Shown here piece after piece: positions 1-12,225 of a stretch of 64,000 nt of DNA; the first letter of the stretch is position 1, and each line of letters opens with the position of its first letter. Made by a program: the position numbers and the translations under genes. The notes beneath the pieces are model-generated. The model saw nothing but the letters and a program-made list of their open reading frames with translations. It was not told the origin of the DNA and made no database searches. Origin of the DNA: Octopus bimaculoides (lineage: Eukaryota); assembly GCF_001194135.2 (NCBI RefSeq), contig NC_068993.1:39706413-39770412 (forward strand), read 5' to 3'.

Positions 1-26
1 ATATATACATACATATATATATATAT

Positions 27-188
27 GACGGGCTTCTTTCAGTTTCCGTCTATCTAATCCACTCACAAGGCTTTGGTCGGCCCGAGGCTATAGTAGAAGA
101 CACTTGCCCAAGGTTCCACGCAGTGGGACTGAACCCGGAACCACGTGGTTCGAAAGCAAGCTACTTACCACACAGCCACTCCTACGCC
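27..188 (-). mobile_element. tRNA-headed SINE, family A (CORE-like central motif), 5' half
   Basis: Minus strand reads GGCGTAGGAGTGGCTGTGTGGTAAG (A box) ... GGGTTCAGTCCC (B box), then CCTTGGGCAAGTG (resembles the CORE/MIR motif) and GAAACTGAAAGAAGCCCGTC before (TA)n. The same sequence recurs at 2518, 15681, 31401, 41783, 54013 and 63887. Confidence 0.9.
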
Positions 189-189
189 T

Positions 190-256
190 ACATACAATCA
201 TAAATATATGCACACATATATACACATGCATACATACATACATACATACATACATA

Positions 257-299
<43 letters not shown>

Positions 300-300
300 T
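190..300. repeat. compound (TACA)n/(CA)n microsatellite
   Basis: Directly visible tandem units. Confidence 0.95.
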
Positions 301-338
301 AACTCACCTGAATGGGATGCTAGTCCTTTGTAGGGTTC

Positions 339-741
339 GTGGCCAGCAATTTTTTAAGAGAGAGGTAAAGATGATTACGTTGACTCAAGTACTTGAATAT
401 TACTTTATTTTATCGACCCCGAAGGGATGAAAAGCAAAGTTGACAGCAGCGGGATTTGTACTCAGAGATTCACCAGTAAGTATTTTGTCCTACGTGCTAA
501 CAACTTTGCCAGTTCGTCGCCTTTACAAAACCAATAATAGTTTCAAATTTTTACACAAAGCCAGCAACTTTTTAGGCAGAGTGTAAGTTCATTACATTGA
601 CTTGAGTATTCAACTGGTGCTTTTTTTCTGGGCCATGAAAGAATGAAAGACAAAGTTGGCCTCGGTGGAATATGAACTCAGAATGTAACCAGCCTGAAGA
701 AATGTTGTAAAGCATTTTGTCCGACGTTCTGACAATTCTAC
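339..741 (-). mobile_element. two tandem diverged copies of SINE family B (339-523, 536-741)
   Basis: Both contain the family motif ATCGACCCCGAAAGGATGAAAGGCAAAGTCGACCTCGGCGGAATTTGAACTCAG in diverged form, followed by the reverse-complemented head (GTGCTAACaacTTTGCCAGTTCGTCGCCTT). Confidence 0.85.
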
Positions 742-837
742 GTAGTTACTACTAAAGTAGAACTAAGAATGAAATTTAAGTTGCAAATATATTCATGGTT
801 GATAACTTCCTAATGTTTTTTATGAATCTTGAATCGT

Positions 838-1159
838 GAAGGTGCGTGGCTCACTGGTTAGGGTAATCGGCTCGCGGTCGTAAGGTCACGAGTTCGATTC
901 TCGGCGGTACGTTGTGTCTTGGAGCAAGATACTTTATTTTATTTCACGTTGCTCCAGTCTACTCAGATGGCAAAAATGTACCTGTAATTCAAAGGGCCAG
1001 CCCTGTCACTTTCTGTGTCACGCTGAACCTCTCTGGGAACTACGTTAAGGGTACGCGTATCTGTGGAGTGCTCAGCCACTTACACGTTAATTTCACGAGC
1101 AAGCTGTTCTGTTAATTGGATCAACTGGAACACTCGTTGTCGCAACTGACGGAGTGCCA
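838..1159 (+). mobile_element. full-length tRNA-headed SINE, family C
   Basis: A box TGGCTCACTGGTTAG, B box GAGTTCGATTCTC, central TGTGTCTTGGAGCAAGATACTTT motif. Its 185-bp tail (975-1159) is shared with the copy at 60823-61007. Confidence 0.85.
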
Positions 1160-1479
1160 TTAATAATCGCACACAATCGACGACTATATCCATTTTAACA
1201 CCAATTAAATCCTCTTTAGCTTTCTAAGATATTTCCACACATTCTTAGATATTTCGAAAATCTAAACATTTGTAAAACTTAACTCCACTAGTCACAATTT
1301 AATTTAATTAACAGATAATTATCAGTGCTTTTGTTATTGATTTGCTCTCGATTTATTAATTTTTTTTTGTACTTTTTTCTACTATCTCTAATTTTAATTT
1401 TGTTATTTGGCATTTGATTAGCCTACCCTCATACTCTTTACATGGTGATGGTGATGATCCCTCTCTGCCTCCTCCTCCT

Positions 1480-1569
1480 TCCTCCTCCTTCTCGCCATAT
1501 CATCATGATGAATATTATCATCATCATTAATATTACCGTCATCACATCAATATTATTATTAATGTCACT

Positions 1570-1612
<43 letters not shown>

Positions 1613-1640
1613 ACGTCGTCGTCGCCGTCAACATCATCTT

Positions 1641-1681
<41 letters not shown>

Positions 1682-1686
1682 GTAGT
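1480..1686. repeat. compound (CCT)/(ATC)n/(TAC)n trinucleotide microsatellite
   Basis: Visible tandem units. Explains the poly-S and poly-L ORFs at 1438-1816. Confidence 0.95.
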
Positions 1687-2171
1687 ATCTTTTATTTTTA
1701 TTCTTATTTCCATCAAAATATCTAATATACTCTATTTTCAAAAACCTCAGCTATTTGATTTCTCCGCGGTTCATATCACGTTAGTTTTTCCTTCATTTTC
1801 GACCATTCTGCTATAACCAGTACGATATCGGGTTTCTGATATCTGAGTCTACGATCACAGTGGCCCATGAAGCCCTAAAGGGTTTTAACTCAGTCATTTT
1901 CTACCATACTCATACCGTTTTCTTTGCTCTTTCCAATTTCCAACACTGTACACATTTTCCGTCCAAATTTCACTTAAATGTCTGCACTAAACCAATACAT
2001 AATTTGAAACAATGAATTCAGCTGACAAATATTTTCAAACAATCCAAAATCCACAGTTGAGGAACCATATCATATGTTATCCGGTGATCGACCCGCAGCA
2101 TCTGGCATTGCTCTTTGTTCTTTTGCAACCTTTCAGCATTAACTTATCTATTAATATTTGAATTTGAGAGT

Positions 2172-2389
2172 AAGGCAGCGAGCTGGCGGAAACGTTAGCA
2201 CGCCAAGCGAAATGCCTAGCGGTATTTCGTCTGTCTTTTCATTCTGAGTTCAAATTCCGCCGAGGTCGACTTTGCCTTTCATCCTTTCGGGATGAAAGTA
2301 CCAGTTGCGTACTGGGGTCGATCTAATCGACTGGCCCCTCCCCACCAAAAAAAATTTCGGGCCTTGTGCCTAGAGGAGAAAAGAATATT
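2172..2389 (+). mobile_element. full-length SINE family B (Nin/Deu-like central domain)
   Basis: Head AAGGCAGCGAGCTGGCGGAAACGTTAGC, B box GAGTTCAAATTCC, central GCCTTTCATCCTTTCGGG...GTACCAG (resembles the Nin/Deu SINE domain; assignment from memory), tail GGCCTTGTGCCTAGAGGAGAAAAG. Confidence 0.9.
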
Positions 2390-2517
2390 TAAATTTGAGA
2401 ATGAAAAGGTTATTATGTAACAGGGGAGAGAATGAAGATTTCCATTATAGATGACCGGGAACGAGTGGGTGCATCGCGGGCGAGCAAGTAAGCCTCCAAC
2501 GTTGATGAGTAAAAAAA

Positions 2518-2875
2518 AAGGAGTGGCTATGTGGTAAGTAGCTTGCTTACCAACCACATGNNNNNNNNNNNNNNNNNNNNNNNNNNNNNNNNNNNGAAGC
2601 CCGTCGTATATATGTATATATATATATATATGTGTGTGTTTGTGCATCTGTGTTTGTGTGTCTATGTTTGTGTGTCTGTGTTTGTCCCCCTAGCATTGCT
2701 TGACAACCGATGCTGGTGTGCTTATGTCCCCGTCACTTAGCGGTTCGGCAAAAGAGAACGATAGAATAAGTACTAGGCTTACAAAGAATAAGTCCTGGGG
2801 TCGATTTGCTCGACTAAAGGCGGTGCTCCAGCATGACCGCAGTCAAATAACTGAAACAAGTAAAAGAGTAAAAGA
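2518..2875 (+). mobile_element. full-length SINE family A with internal TA/TG microsatellite, partly in an N-gap
   Basis: Head GGAGTGGCTATGTGGTAAGTAGC, gap, GAAGCCCGTCG, microsatellite, then the 3' module TTAGCGGTTCGGCAAAAGAG...CCAGCATGACCGCAGTCAAATAACTGAAACAAGTAAAAGA. Confidence 0.9.
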
Positions 2876-3158
2876 CTATGTTTATAACTTTGACGAGAAA
2901 AAAAACCAACTTTTTTTTAATATCCATGATTTTTATAATGCCGCAAAGAAGAAATAAATTAAAATGTTTATAAAACTATTCCATAACCTCCCTTCTAATG
3001 ACTGTGTTTAAAGCATTAGAGCAAGCTGTGACAAAAACTCAGCAAAATAGAAAAGTAATGCCAGAATATTTTAAGTTGTTTCTGAAGGGAGACAGAGAGG
3101 TAGAGAGTTAATAAGCTTCTAACATGGCGAGAGAACTTTTCAAATGCAGTTGCTTCTT

Positions 3159-3218
<60 letters not shown>
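3159..3218. repeat. (AGT)n microsatellite
   Basis: About 20 perfect units. Confidence 0.95.
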
Positions 3219-4337
3219 CCAGCACCAGCAGCAGTATTGTATTTGTCTTTTGTGCTTTTGTCATTTTCCCCTTCATCGCCAAATGCTTTTTTTTCTCTCC
3301 GTATTTTCCTTGTTAAATCTTATTCTATTCATTTTCCTTTCGTTTTCTTTTTCCGCCATTTTACTGTTACGTATTAGCAGCATTCGTCACCTCTAACTCG
3401 TTCATCATTAATGCTGCATATTTCTATCTTTCATCTAATCACAGATTTGTTTTTGTTTCGTTTATTTAAAGTTTAATGATTTTTAAATATGCTTCAAGTG
3501 AAGCCTTATCCGTGTCTTAAAGATAGGAACCACATCTGTCCTTAAATGTTTTATAATCACGAATTAAAATGCCAATGAAGACAGTATGACGATGTATTTT
3601 TGTTGATTTCATTTTTGCTATCATCATAATCATCATCGTCGTCATCATCATCGCTGTCATCATCGTCGTCATCGTCGTCATCATCATTCCCATCATAGCC
3701 AAAGTAGTAGTAGTAGTACTACTACTACTACTACCTCTTAATTTTTCTCACTTTTCTACGTCTTCTCTTTCTTTTCCACCTTCATTTTCATACTTCTTCA
3801 CTCATTGCAAAATATTTAAGATCTTCGTTTTGCATCCATGCGGGTTTGAGTTCGTTGCATTTGGTATCTTTGGCAAATGCTCGACTTACACTTTGTGGAT
3901 GATTCTGGATTAACGTAAACTGTATAGAAGCCTTACCTATAATTCGCAAAGTACATCCTTGTTACAAATACGTCACGCTAATCCTGAGTGGCAATACCAT
4001 TAAAGGTACATGTACTTGAATTGTTTGTTCAGGAGCAGGATTCAGCTCATCAAACAGCTGGTTTCTCGTTGTCCATCGACGGAGGTTAACCTCTCTATGT
4101 TTTATTGTGCATGAACAAACTACATCTTCTGCTTAAGAATGTTTTAGTCTATCTGCGCATCCCACTTTGCAAAACGAATTTGTTTGGTTGTAACTTTTTG
4201 ACTATTCCATTACGGATATCACAACTGCGCTTTTTCGAATGATAAAATTTCTAGAAAGAAAGAAACAGCAATCGCCATCGCTGCTTCATCACCGTCTTCC
4301 TATCATCATTATCATAAACAGCATAAGCACCAACTGT

Positions 4338-4338
<1 letters not shown>

Positions 4339-4377
<39 letters not shown>

Positions 4378-4408
4378 GTAGCAGCAGTTGTAGCAGCAGC
4401 AACAGCAG

Positions 4409-4440
<32 letters not shown>
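4339..4440. repeat. compound (ATC)n/(AGC)n microsatellite
   Basis: Visible tandem units. Confidence 0.95.
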
Positions 4441-5035
4441 CTAGCTTATTTATTATAAGCATCATCCGTAAACTAATCAGATGGTAAGTGTCGCCGTCAT
4501 CAACACTATCAGCGCTATCACCAAAATCATTACCACTACTCTCATTTCTATTACCGCTACTAATAAATACCACCAGTAAAAAAGACCACCACCAATGAAA
4601 AGACCACCACCATCACCACCACGAGCAACACCACCACCACCATCATCCCTACCACCGCTATACTTTGAATACAACGTCGATTTTGCCGGCATATCCGACA
4701 CCGCCATTGTTTTTGTTATTTTTAATTACGTCGGCAAAATATGAAATATTCATTAGTTATAATAATCACCTGCAGTGAATTATTATTTTGATAAAAAAAA
4801 AGAAAACAATTTCGATAAGAAAATATCTAAATATTTAGTTTCTTATGCATTTTTTCTTGAAATATTTATGTACGCATATCAAATTTATAGATACATACAT
4901 ATATACATACACAGCTACATACAAACCTGCATGTGGATATACATACCTGCTTGCGTACATACATAGTAAAAACATGCGTAAATACTGTGTATTATAATTA
5001 CATCCATCCATACCAACATACCTACGCACGCACGT

Positions 5036-5434
5036 ACCTACCTACCTACCTACCTACCTACCCACCTACATACATACATACATACATACATACATACATA
5101 CATACATACAAGCATAACTACACTTACAATATTCATACATTGAAATATACTTCCAGAAAAATGTACACTCATACTTGCAGACCAATTTTCTCTCTCTCTC
5201 TCTCTCTCTCTCTCTNNNNNNNNNNNNNNNNNNNNNNNNNNNNNNNNNNNNNNNNNNNNNNNNNNNNNNNNNNNNNNNNNNNNNNNNNNNNNNNNNNNNN
5301 NNNNNNNNNNNNNNNNNNNNNNNNNNNNNNNNNNNNNNNNNNNNNNNNNNNNNNNNNNNNNNNNNNNNNNNNNNNNNNNNNNNNNNNNNNNNNNNNNNNN
5401 NNNNNNNNNNNNNNNNNNNNNNNNNNNNNNNNNN

Positions 5435-5484
<50 letters not shown>

Positions 5485-5490
5485 GTATGC
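5036..5490. repeat. (CTAC)n, (ATAC)n, (CT)n and (TA)n tracts flanking N-gap 5216-5434
   Basis: Visible tandem units and gap. Confidence 0.9.
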
Positions 5491-5949
5491 ATATATATAC
5501 ATAACTTTGTGTGTCTGTGTATCTACGTACGCTTTCACAAGCTCTCATTGAATCAGGAAATTCACTTTACGAGGTATTCTCGGCTATTTGATCCTTCCCA
5601 TGGGGATTTCTGTTACGTTAATATAAATTCCATCATTAAAAATCATAAAAATCATAAAAATCATCGGTATATTTCCAGTCTCCGTGCTGCTATTGACACC
5701 GCTTTAACGGCTATGAATGGGAACACGCCGAACCCCACACCAATACCATTACCATCACCCGCAAAATCCCAGTCACCATCACTGCTAAAACCAATTGACA
5801 TTTCCATTCATGCCACCACCTCTACTATAAACCTGTATATACTACAGCTTTTGTTAGAGAGTTATTAGCATCAGCACCAACGACACCAGATCTGGAATTA
5901 AAAACTATCATTTTTACTAGAACTAGCAGAAATTTAAAATGAAAGCAAC

Positions 5950-6485
<536 letters not shown>

Positions 6486-7039
6486 CGTCAACAATATTGC
6501 TCCCTCCGTTTAATGATTTTTAAAGTCTGAACGAAACCCTAATATGCGCATATGTAAGGATGAGCGGGAGATTTTTGCCTCGGTTTAATCCACCGTATAA
6601 CTTGGCACCCACATTTTAATAAGGGGTTTTTCCATGCTTTTCTTAGAAGAGAAGTGTAAGTAAGTAGTCATGCTATGAATGATAGTTTGAGATGTTTCCA
6701 TTCTTAGTCCATTCTTTCGAAGAATCTTATTGACTAAATTTGGAATCTAATTTCCGATACTATTCTTTGGAGCCTGTAAGAAGGCAGGTAAAGAGTCTGC
6801 ATGTCAGTCTAGATGGTAGGATTATCAGCCTAAAATATCGTACTTTAAAAGTGCCTACGCTTTTAAATAACGGCACATTTCTCAATGCAATCATAATAAG
6901 ATCTAAGAAAATACGGGATAGTCGTGGTTGGCATGATTTTGATTATTGATCTGATCGATTAGGGATGATGTGAGTCTAAACAATTACAGTAACAATATCA
7001 ACACCAACAGTAATAACTGAAAGAATTGATATTAATTTG

Positions 7040-7256
7040 AACAAATCAGCATGGTAGCCTTAACATGGACGCTTGATCAGATAGTGATAGCAGCCAAATC
7101 TCTCTCAGATCACTTCTCACTATGTTACACAGGGAAATAACTCCCTGAATGGTGTAGTTTTACGGATCTCTGAACAGTCGGGATGGTCAAAGTTCGGTTG
7201 TCTTTGATCATATGTCAGTACAATCGAGGTTGACTTGGGGCTAAACAACAACAATA
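7040..7256 (+). mobile_element. interspersed repeat family E (SINE-like; tail GACTTGGGGCTAAACAACAAC)
   Basis: Motif ATAGCAGCCAAATCTCTCTCA and the GGGGCTAAACAAC tail recur at about 16930-17095, 44855-44940, 55125-55175 (-) and 61860-61930 (-). Confidence 0.7.
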
Positions 7257-7894
7257 ATAATCCTTTCTACTGTAGGCACAGTGCATAAAATTTAGGGGAT
7301 TTGAGTAAGTCGATTACATCGACCGCAGTGCATCACTGATAATCATTTTATCGAACCCGAAAGGATAAAAGACAAAGTCGATCTCGGTGGAATTTGAAAC
7401 AACAATCATAATAATTCTTTCTAGTATGGGAATAATATCTGACATTTGTGGGGGTGGGGTTAGTCGATGACACTGACCCAAGTGCTCCACTGGTACTTAT
7501 TTTATCGACCCCCGAATTGATGAACGGCAAAGTCAATTTGGCCAGAATTTGAAGAACGATAATACTAATAATAACAACATAGAATGTAGGATATCATACA
7601 CAACTACCGCACCTTGAATCTATTTGCTCGACCGCAGAACGATCAAAAACCCAACCGAAACTGACTGGATATTAACATAATGATTACAAATTTTGGCGCA
7701 AGGTCAGCAATTTCGTTGAGGTGTAATTCGATTATATTGACTCCAGTGATCAAACTGGTACTTACTTTATCGGCCCCGAAAAGATTCAAGGCAAAATCGA
7801 CTTGAGCGGAATTTGAACCCAGAACGTAAAGACGGACGAAATATTGCCAAGCATTTCGCTTGGCGTGCTAACGATTCTGCCAGCTCTCCACCAT
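7257..7894 (-). mobile_element. three tandem SINE family B copies (7257-7398 and 7412-7553 truncated, 7679-7894 full length)
   Basis: The ATCGACCCCGAAAGGAT..GGCAAAGTCGA..GGAATTTGAA motif occurs three times; only the last copy reaches the head. Confidence 0.85.
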
Positions 7895-8149
7895 AACTTG
7901 ATTTGAACATGATGTAACTAAATACTGTAAAACTCACGCATCTATATGCCTACATCTGTGCGCGTGTAAGTGTTGGTGTGCGTGTTAGTATGTATGCAAG
8001 TGTGTGGGAACTAGATCTGTTGCGACCACAAGAGTTCGGTATTCGCGACGGTTGGTAATATACACCATGCTTTCATTTCTTGATTTCGGTACCTACGCAG
8101 ATGTGAACAGATATCGATACCCTGTAGGTCCCCTGGCTTTTGACTGAGC

Positions 8150-8330
8150 AGATAAACTGGGATTCATGGGTAGGTGGAAGAACTTTTACAGGGGAGTAGA
8201 TTTGAACGACGGGAAATGAAGTATTTTGTTCTAGAACACAACGGTCCCATCGGTCTCAAGAATTGAACTCATGTTTTTTAAGATCATGTACGGGACATTC
8301 TAACCATTAGGCCGCATACTTTCACGTAAC
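8150..8330 (-). mobile_element. diverged SINE family C 5' half
   Basis: Minus strand GCGGCCTAATGGTTAG...GAGTTCAATTC...TTGTGTTCTAGAACAAAATACTTCATTTC matches the head and centre of the 838 copy. Confidence 0.65.
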
Positions 8331-8452
8331 CACTTCAGTACCTTACGAAATATACAAGTCAGCTTAATCTGTAACTCAGTAATTGTTATCCACATATGCA
8401 CTGAATTTCTGCAATGAATCACAATGTATCTGTGTGTTATTGTATATGTTTG

Positions 8453-8499
<47 letters not shown>

Positions 8500-8503
<4 letters not shown>

Positions 8504-8665
8504 GGGCTAAGTCGATACAATCGATACAAATAATTGACAGGTACCCTATTTTATCGACCCTGGAGAAAAGAAAATTAAAGTCGGCCTCGGCCGGATTTGT
8601 ACACAGAACATGAAGAACTGGAACCAATACCAATTATTTTTTCGACATTCTGACATTTCTGCAAA
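8500..8665 (-). mobile_element. diverged, truncated SINE family B after (TG)n 8457-8500
   Basis: TTTTATCGACCCTGGAG...AAAGTCGGCCTCGGCCGGATTTGTACACAG. Confidence 0.7.
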
Positions 8666-8699
8666 TTGACTTTCCTTTATCTTATGAAAATAATAAAAT

Positions 8700-8704
8700 T
8701 AATA

Positions 8705-8765
<61 letters not shown>

Positions 8766-8820
8766 TGATGATGATGACGATGATGATGATGATGATGATG
8801 ATGATGTTGATGACGATGAT
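8700..8820. repeat. compound (GAT)n/(GAC)n microsatellite
   Basis: Visible tandem units. Confidence 0.95.
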
Positions 8821-8934
8821 AAAGAAGTTAATACAAAATGCCAATCAACCCCGAACCGCAACAATGGCTTTCGTTACTTCCGACGGATGGCTGTTTATTG
8901 TAAATATGGATATGATGATTGGGCAGCAAGTCCT

Positions 8935-9040
8935 GTGGCTATCACAAAGTCGCAGGTTCAGTCCTAGGGCAGGATGTTACATTGTGTCACTGAGCATAGC
9001 ACTTCATTTCACGTTGTTTCACTCAACTCAACAGTAAATA
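8935..9040 (+). mobile_element. diverged family C-like SINE head and centre
   Basis: GGTTCAGTCC B box, then TTGTGTCACTGAGCATAGCACTTCATTTCACGTTG. Confidence 0.6.
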
Positions 9041-9388
9041 AGCAGCAGCTGATTGCTTGTTGAACCTTCTCTGCCTCTCAAGATGTCACGTCCTGCATGT
9101 GATACTTGGTTTAGAATGAAGAGACGGAAAGGGTATCGAGGTTTGCTCTCGACTTTATATGCATTTAAAGCAATTAACAAAGGAATTGTAAAACCTGTGA
9201 ATGATAGGTGGTTGTAGTTTAAAAGTTATTTAATATACGGGCCTTAATATCACACTTGACTCTCACCCACGGAAACCGTTATTAGGATTAGGGAAGGGCT
9301 GGTAATTTGTATTAACTTCATTATCATTGTCTTTCCTCATTATGGACATCATTAATCTTTTACATCATTAATATATTTGAGACACATT

Positions 9389-9931
9389 AGCTGTGAGCTG
9401 GCAAAATAATTGGCATGTGTGGCAAAATGCTTTGCAGCATTTCGTTCGTCTTCACGTTCTGAGTTCAAATACCGCAGTGGTCGACTTTGCTTTTCATCCT
9501 GTCGAGATCGATAAAAAAAGTACCAGTTGATCACTGGGGTCGTTTAATCGATTTAGCTCCTCTCTCGAAATTGCTGGCCTTGTGGCAAAATTTGAAAAAG
9601 TGGCGAGCTGGCAGAATCGTTAGCACACAGAGGAAAATACTTAGCAGCGTTTCTTCCTTCTTTACGCTGAGTTCAAATTCCGCCTGAGGTTAACTTTGCC
9701 TTTTATATTTTCGGAGTTAATAAAATAAATACAGGGCAAAGTAAATCTGGCCAAAATGTCAAAGAACAATAATACAAATAATAACAACATAGAATGCAGG
9801 ATATCATACACAACTACCGCAGTTTGAATCTAATTGCTCGTCCACAGAACATTTAAAGACATGGGGGTCGACTCAATCGACTTAGTCTCTCCCCCGAAAC
9901 TGCTGGCCTTGTGTCAAAATTTGAAACCAAT
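9389..9931 (+). mobile_element. two tandem SINE family B copies; the second is split by an insertion at about 9735-9860
   Basis: Heads GAGCTGGCAAAAT (9389) and GGCGAGCTGGCAGAATCGTTAGC (9601); tails GGCCTTGTGGCAAAATTTGAAA and GGCCTTGTGTCAAAATTTGAAACCAATA. Confidence 0.85.
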
Positions 9932-10499
9932 ATGTAACCCGTGAAAAGCCTGTTTTCCTAGCAATTTGCCGTGGAGAAAACTCATTTCAGGAAATAGGTG
10001 CCAAAACGCCAGCAGTCATATATCATGGCACCGTCTGGTAGGACGATGAATATATTTCAAAATACTTGGCTATCATCATCATCCTTAAGAGTGGTGGATT
10101 AACAGATTGATTAAAAATCAAAAAGAGCATTGTGGCATTAATTCCGGCTCTTCACATTCTTTACTAAAATCCCACCGCGTGCATTAAGCTAATGAATGAC
10201 AGAAACAATGCTGTGCTTCATTAGAACTTCTCGCTTTATTTAAGTCTGTCTATTGATCTTTCTGAGTTCTTGATTCCGGGGGTCGATTTTGTATTTCGTT
10301 CCACCCGGGTCAGTTATAAATTTACTAATAAACTTAGTCATTCCTTAACAGTGAATATTTCGTAAGTAAATTGTTAAATTTACACGAAATGAACGATTGA
10401 TTGTATTTTGTTTTCATCTGTATGTTATTATATAATATAATACGTGAATAATATGTCTGTGTGCTTGTGAGTACACAGATATATAAATAAATCGATCGA

Positions 10500-10569
10500 T
10501 TTATAGATAGACAGATAGACAGACAGACGGGCAGGAAGAGAGACAGACAGATAAATAGATAGGTAGACA

Positions 10570-10613
<44 letters not shown>

Positions 10614-10618
10614 GAGAA

Positions 10619-10660
<42 letters not shown>
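10500..10660. repeat. (AGAT)/(AGAC)/(TA) compound microsatellite
   Basis: Visible tandem units. Confidence 0.9.
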
Positions 10661-10662
<2 letters not shown>

Positions 10663-11199
10663 ATTGAGTGATGAGTAGAGAATTAGATAACTAGATGCAC
10701 GTGGAACTGTAAACGGTTTAATGTGAAATAATTCATGGAAACGGCAGAAAGTCGAAGAAAATAAGTAAGCAATATATTTTGGCAATTTCGGATATTCAGA
10801 CGAACAGGGCAAGAGATAAAGAGATAAAGAGATAAATAGAGAAAGAGAAAGAGAGAGCGAGTCGAGAGAGAATGAAAGGGTCCAGGGAAAAAGATGGGAA
10901 TTTACTACAAGACTACGGGACAATAGATGAAAGAAGAGTGAAGTTATTAAGGTATCTCCTTCCAAAGATATTAGTAAACGCACACACACACGCACACTCA
11001 CTCATACACGCGCGCACACACACACACCCTATTATGTTAACCCTGAAATTGGAAATCTTTAATGAGGTTCAAAAGAAATATTTGGGGTCAGTTTCCCCAC
11101 TTGGAAGTGAAAATAAATTAGAATTCATTAAGAAGGAATTCTTTGCGATCAACTTTGGAAAACGCTTTACGCTTGTTCTTGTAATGTTGCAGTTGTTTG

Positions 11200-11316
11200 T
11201 TTGTTATTGTTGTTGTTGTTGTTGATGGTGGTGTTGGTGGTGGTGGTGGCGGCAGTTGCTTTAACAGACTTTGGTTATGTGTGGTGGAGACGGAGGGAAC
11301 GCAATGACAAGCAAAG

Positions 11317-11347
<31 letters not shown>

Positions 11348-11577
11348 GGTGGTGGTGGTGGTGGTGGAGTGGGGTTGTCAATAGTGGAAGTGTAGTGTCG
11401 GAGGTTGTGACGATTATTGAGTAGGGCTTAATGATAATTACGATGACCATGATGATAATGAAGACGAATATGACGACGACGACGACGACGACGATGATGA
11501 TGATGGTGACCATGATGATGATGATGCTGTTGCTGGTCCTCATAGTAGTAATTATGACGAAGATGGTATTGGTGATG

Positions 11578-11610
<33 letters not shown>

Positions 11611-11820
11611 GATGATTACTAAGGCTTATGATGATGGTGATAGTGATGGTGGTGATTATGGAGAAGATGAGGCTGGTAATGAAGAGAAGATAATGTTATT
11701 GTTGTTATTGGTGGTAGTGGTGCTGTTGGTGGCGGTGCGATGACGAATGGTGTTACTGCTGCTGATGCTGATGACGAAGAAGAAGAGGTGGGGGAGAAGG
11801 TGGAGGAGTAGGTGGAGATA
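11200..11820. repeat. degenerate trinucleotide low-complexity region (GTT/GGT/GAT/GAC)
   Basis: Mosaic of GNT/GAN triplets. Explains the poly-H/P/M ORFs. Confidence 0.9.
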
Positions 11821-11959
11821 TCGAAAGAGAAGGAGGAACATTTCGAATATTCATTTAGTATTTATTAGTATTTAAGTAGTTTTTTTTTATCTCCTCTCTC
11901 ACGCGTTAACACTTGCACATATATGTGTGCACATTATTACATCTTTGCTAGTTAGCGTG

Positions 11960-12134
11960 CATGTTCATACACACACACATAGATATATACTTACACGTGC
12001 ATATATATATATATATACATACATATATACACATACATCCATATATATACACGCACATATACATATATACATATACATACATATATATACATATATATAT
12101 ATATATATGTATATATATGCATATATATACATGC

Positions 12135-12222
<88 letters not shown>
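11960..12222. repeat. (TA)n/(CA)n microsatellite
   Basis: Visible tandem units. Confidence 0.95.

Positions 12223-12225
<3 letters not shown>

Noticed and set aside
2561-2595. Apparently shortened SINE A
   Set aside because: The 35 Ns stand for about 105 bp of expected SINE sequence, so the gap size is an underestimate rather than a deletion.
5540-5868. Pro/Ser/Thr-rich tail of the 311-aa ORF
   Set aside because: Built from decayed ACC/ATC triplets and a 9-bp repeat; the upstream part is microsatellite and gap.
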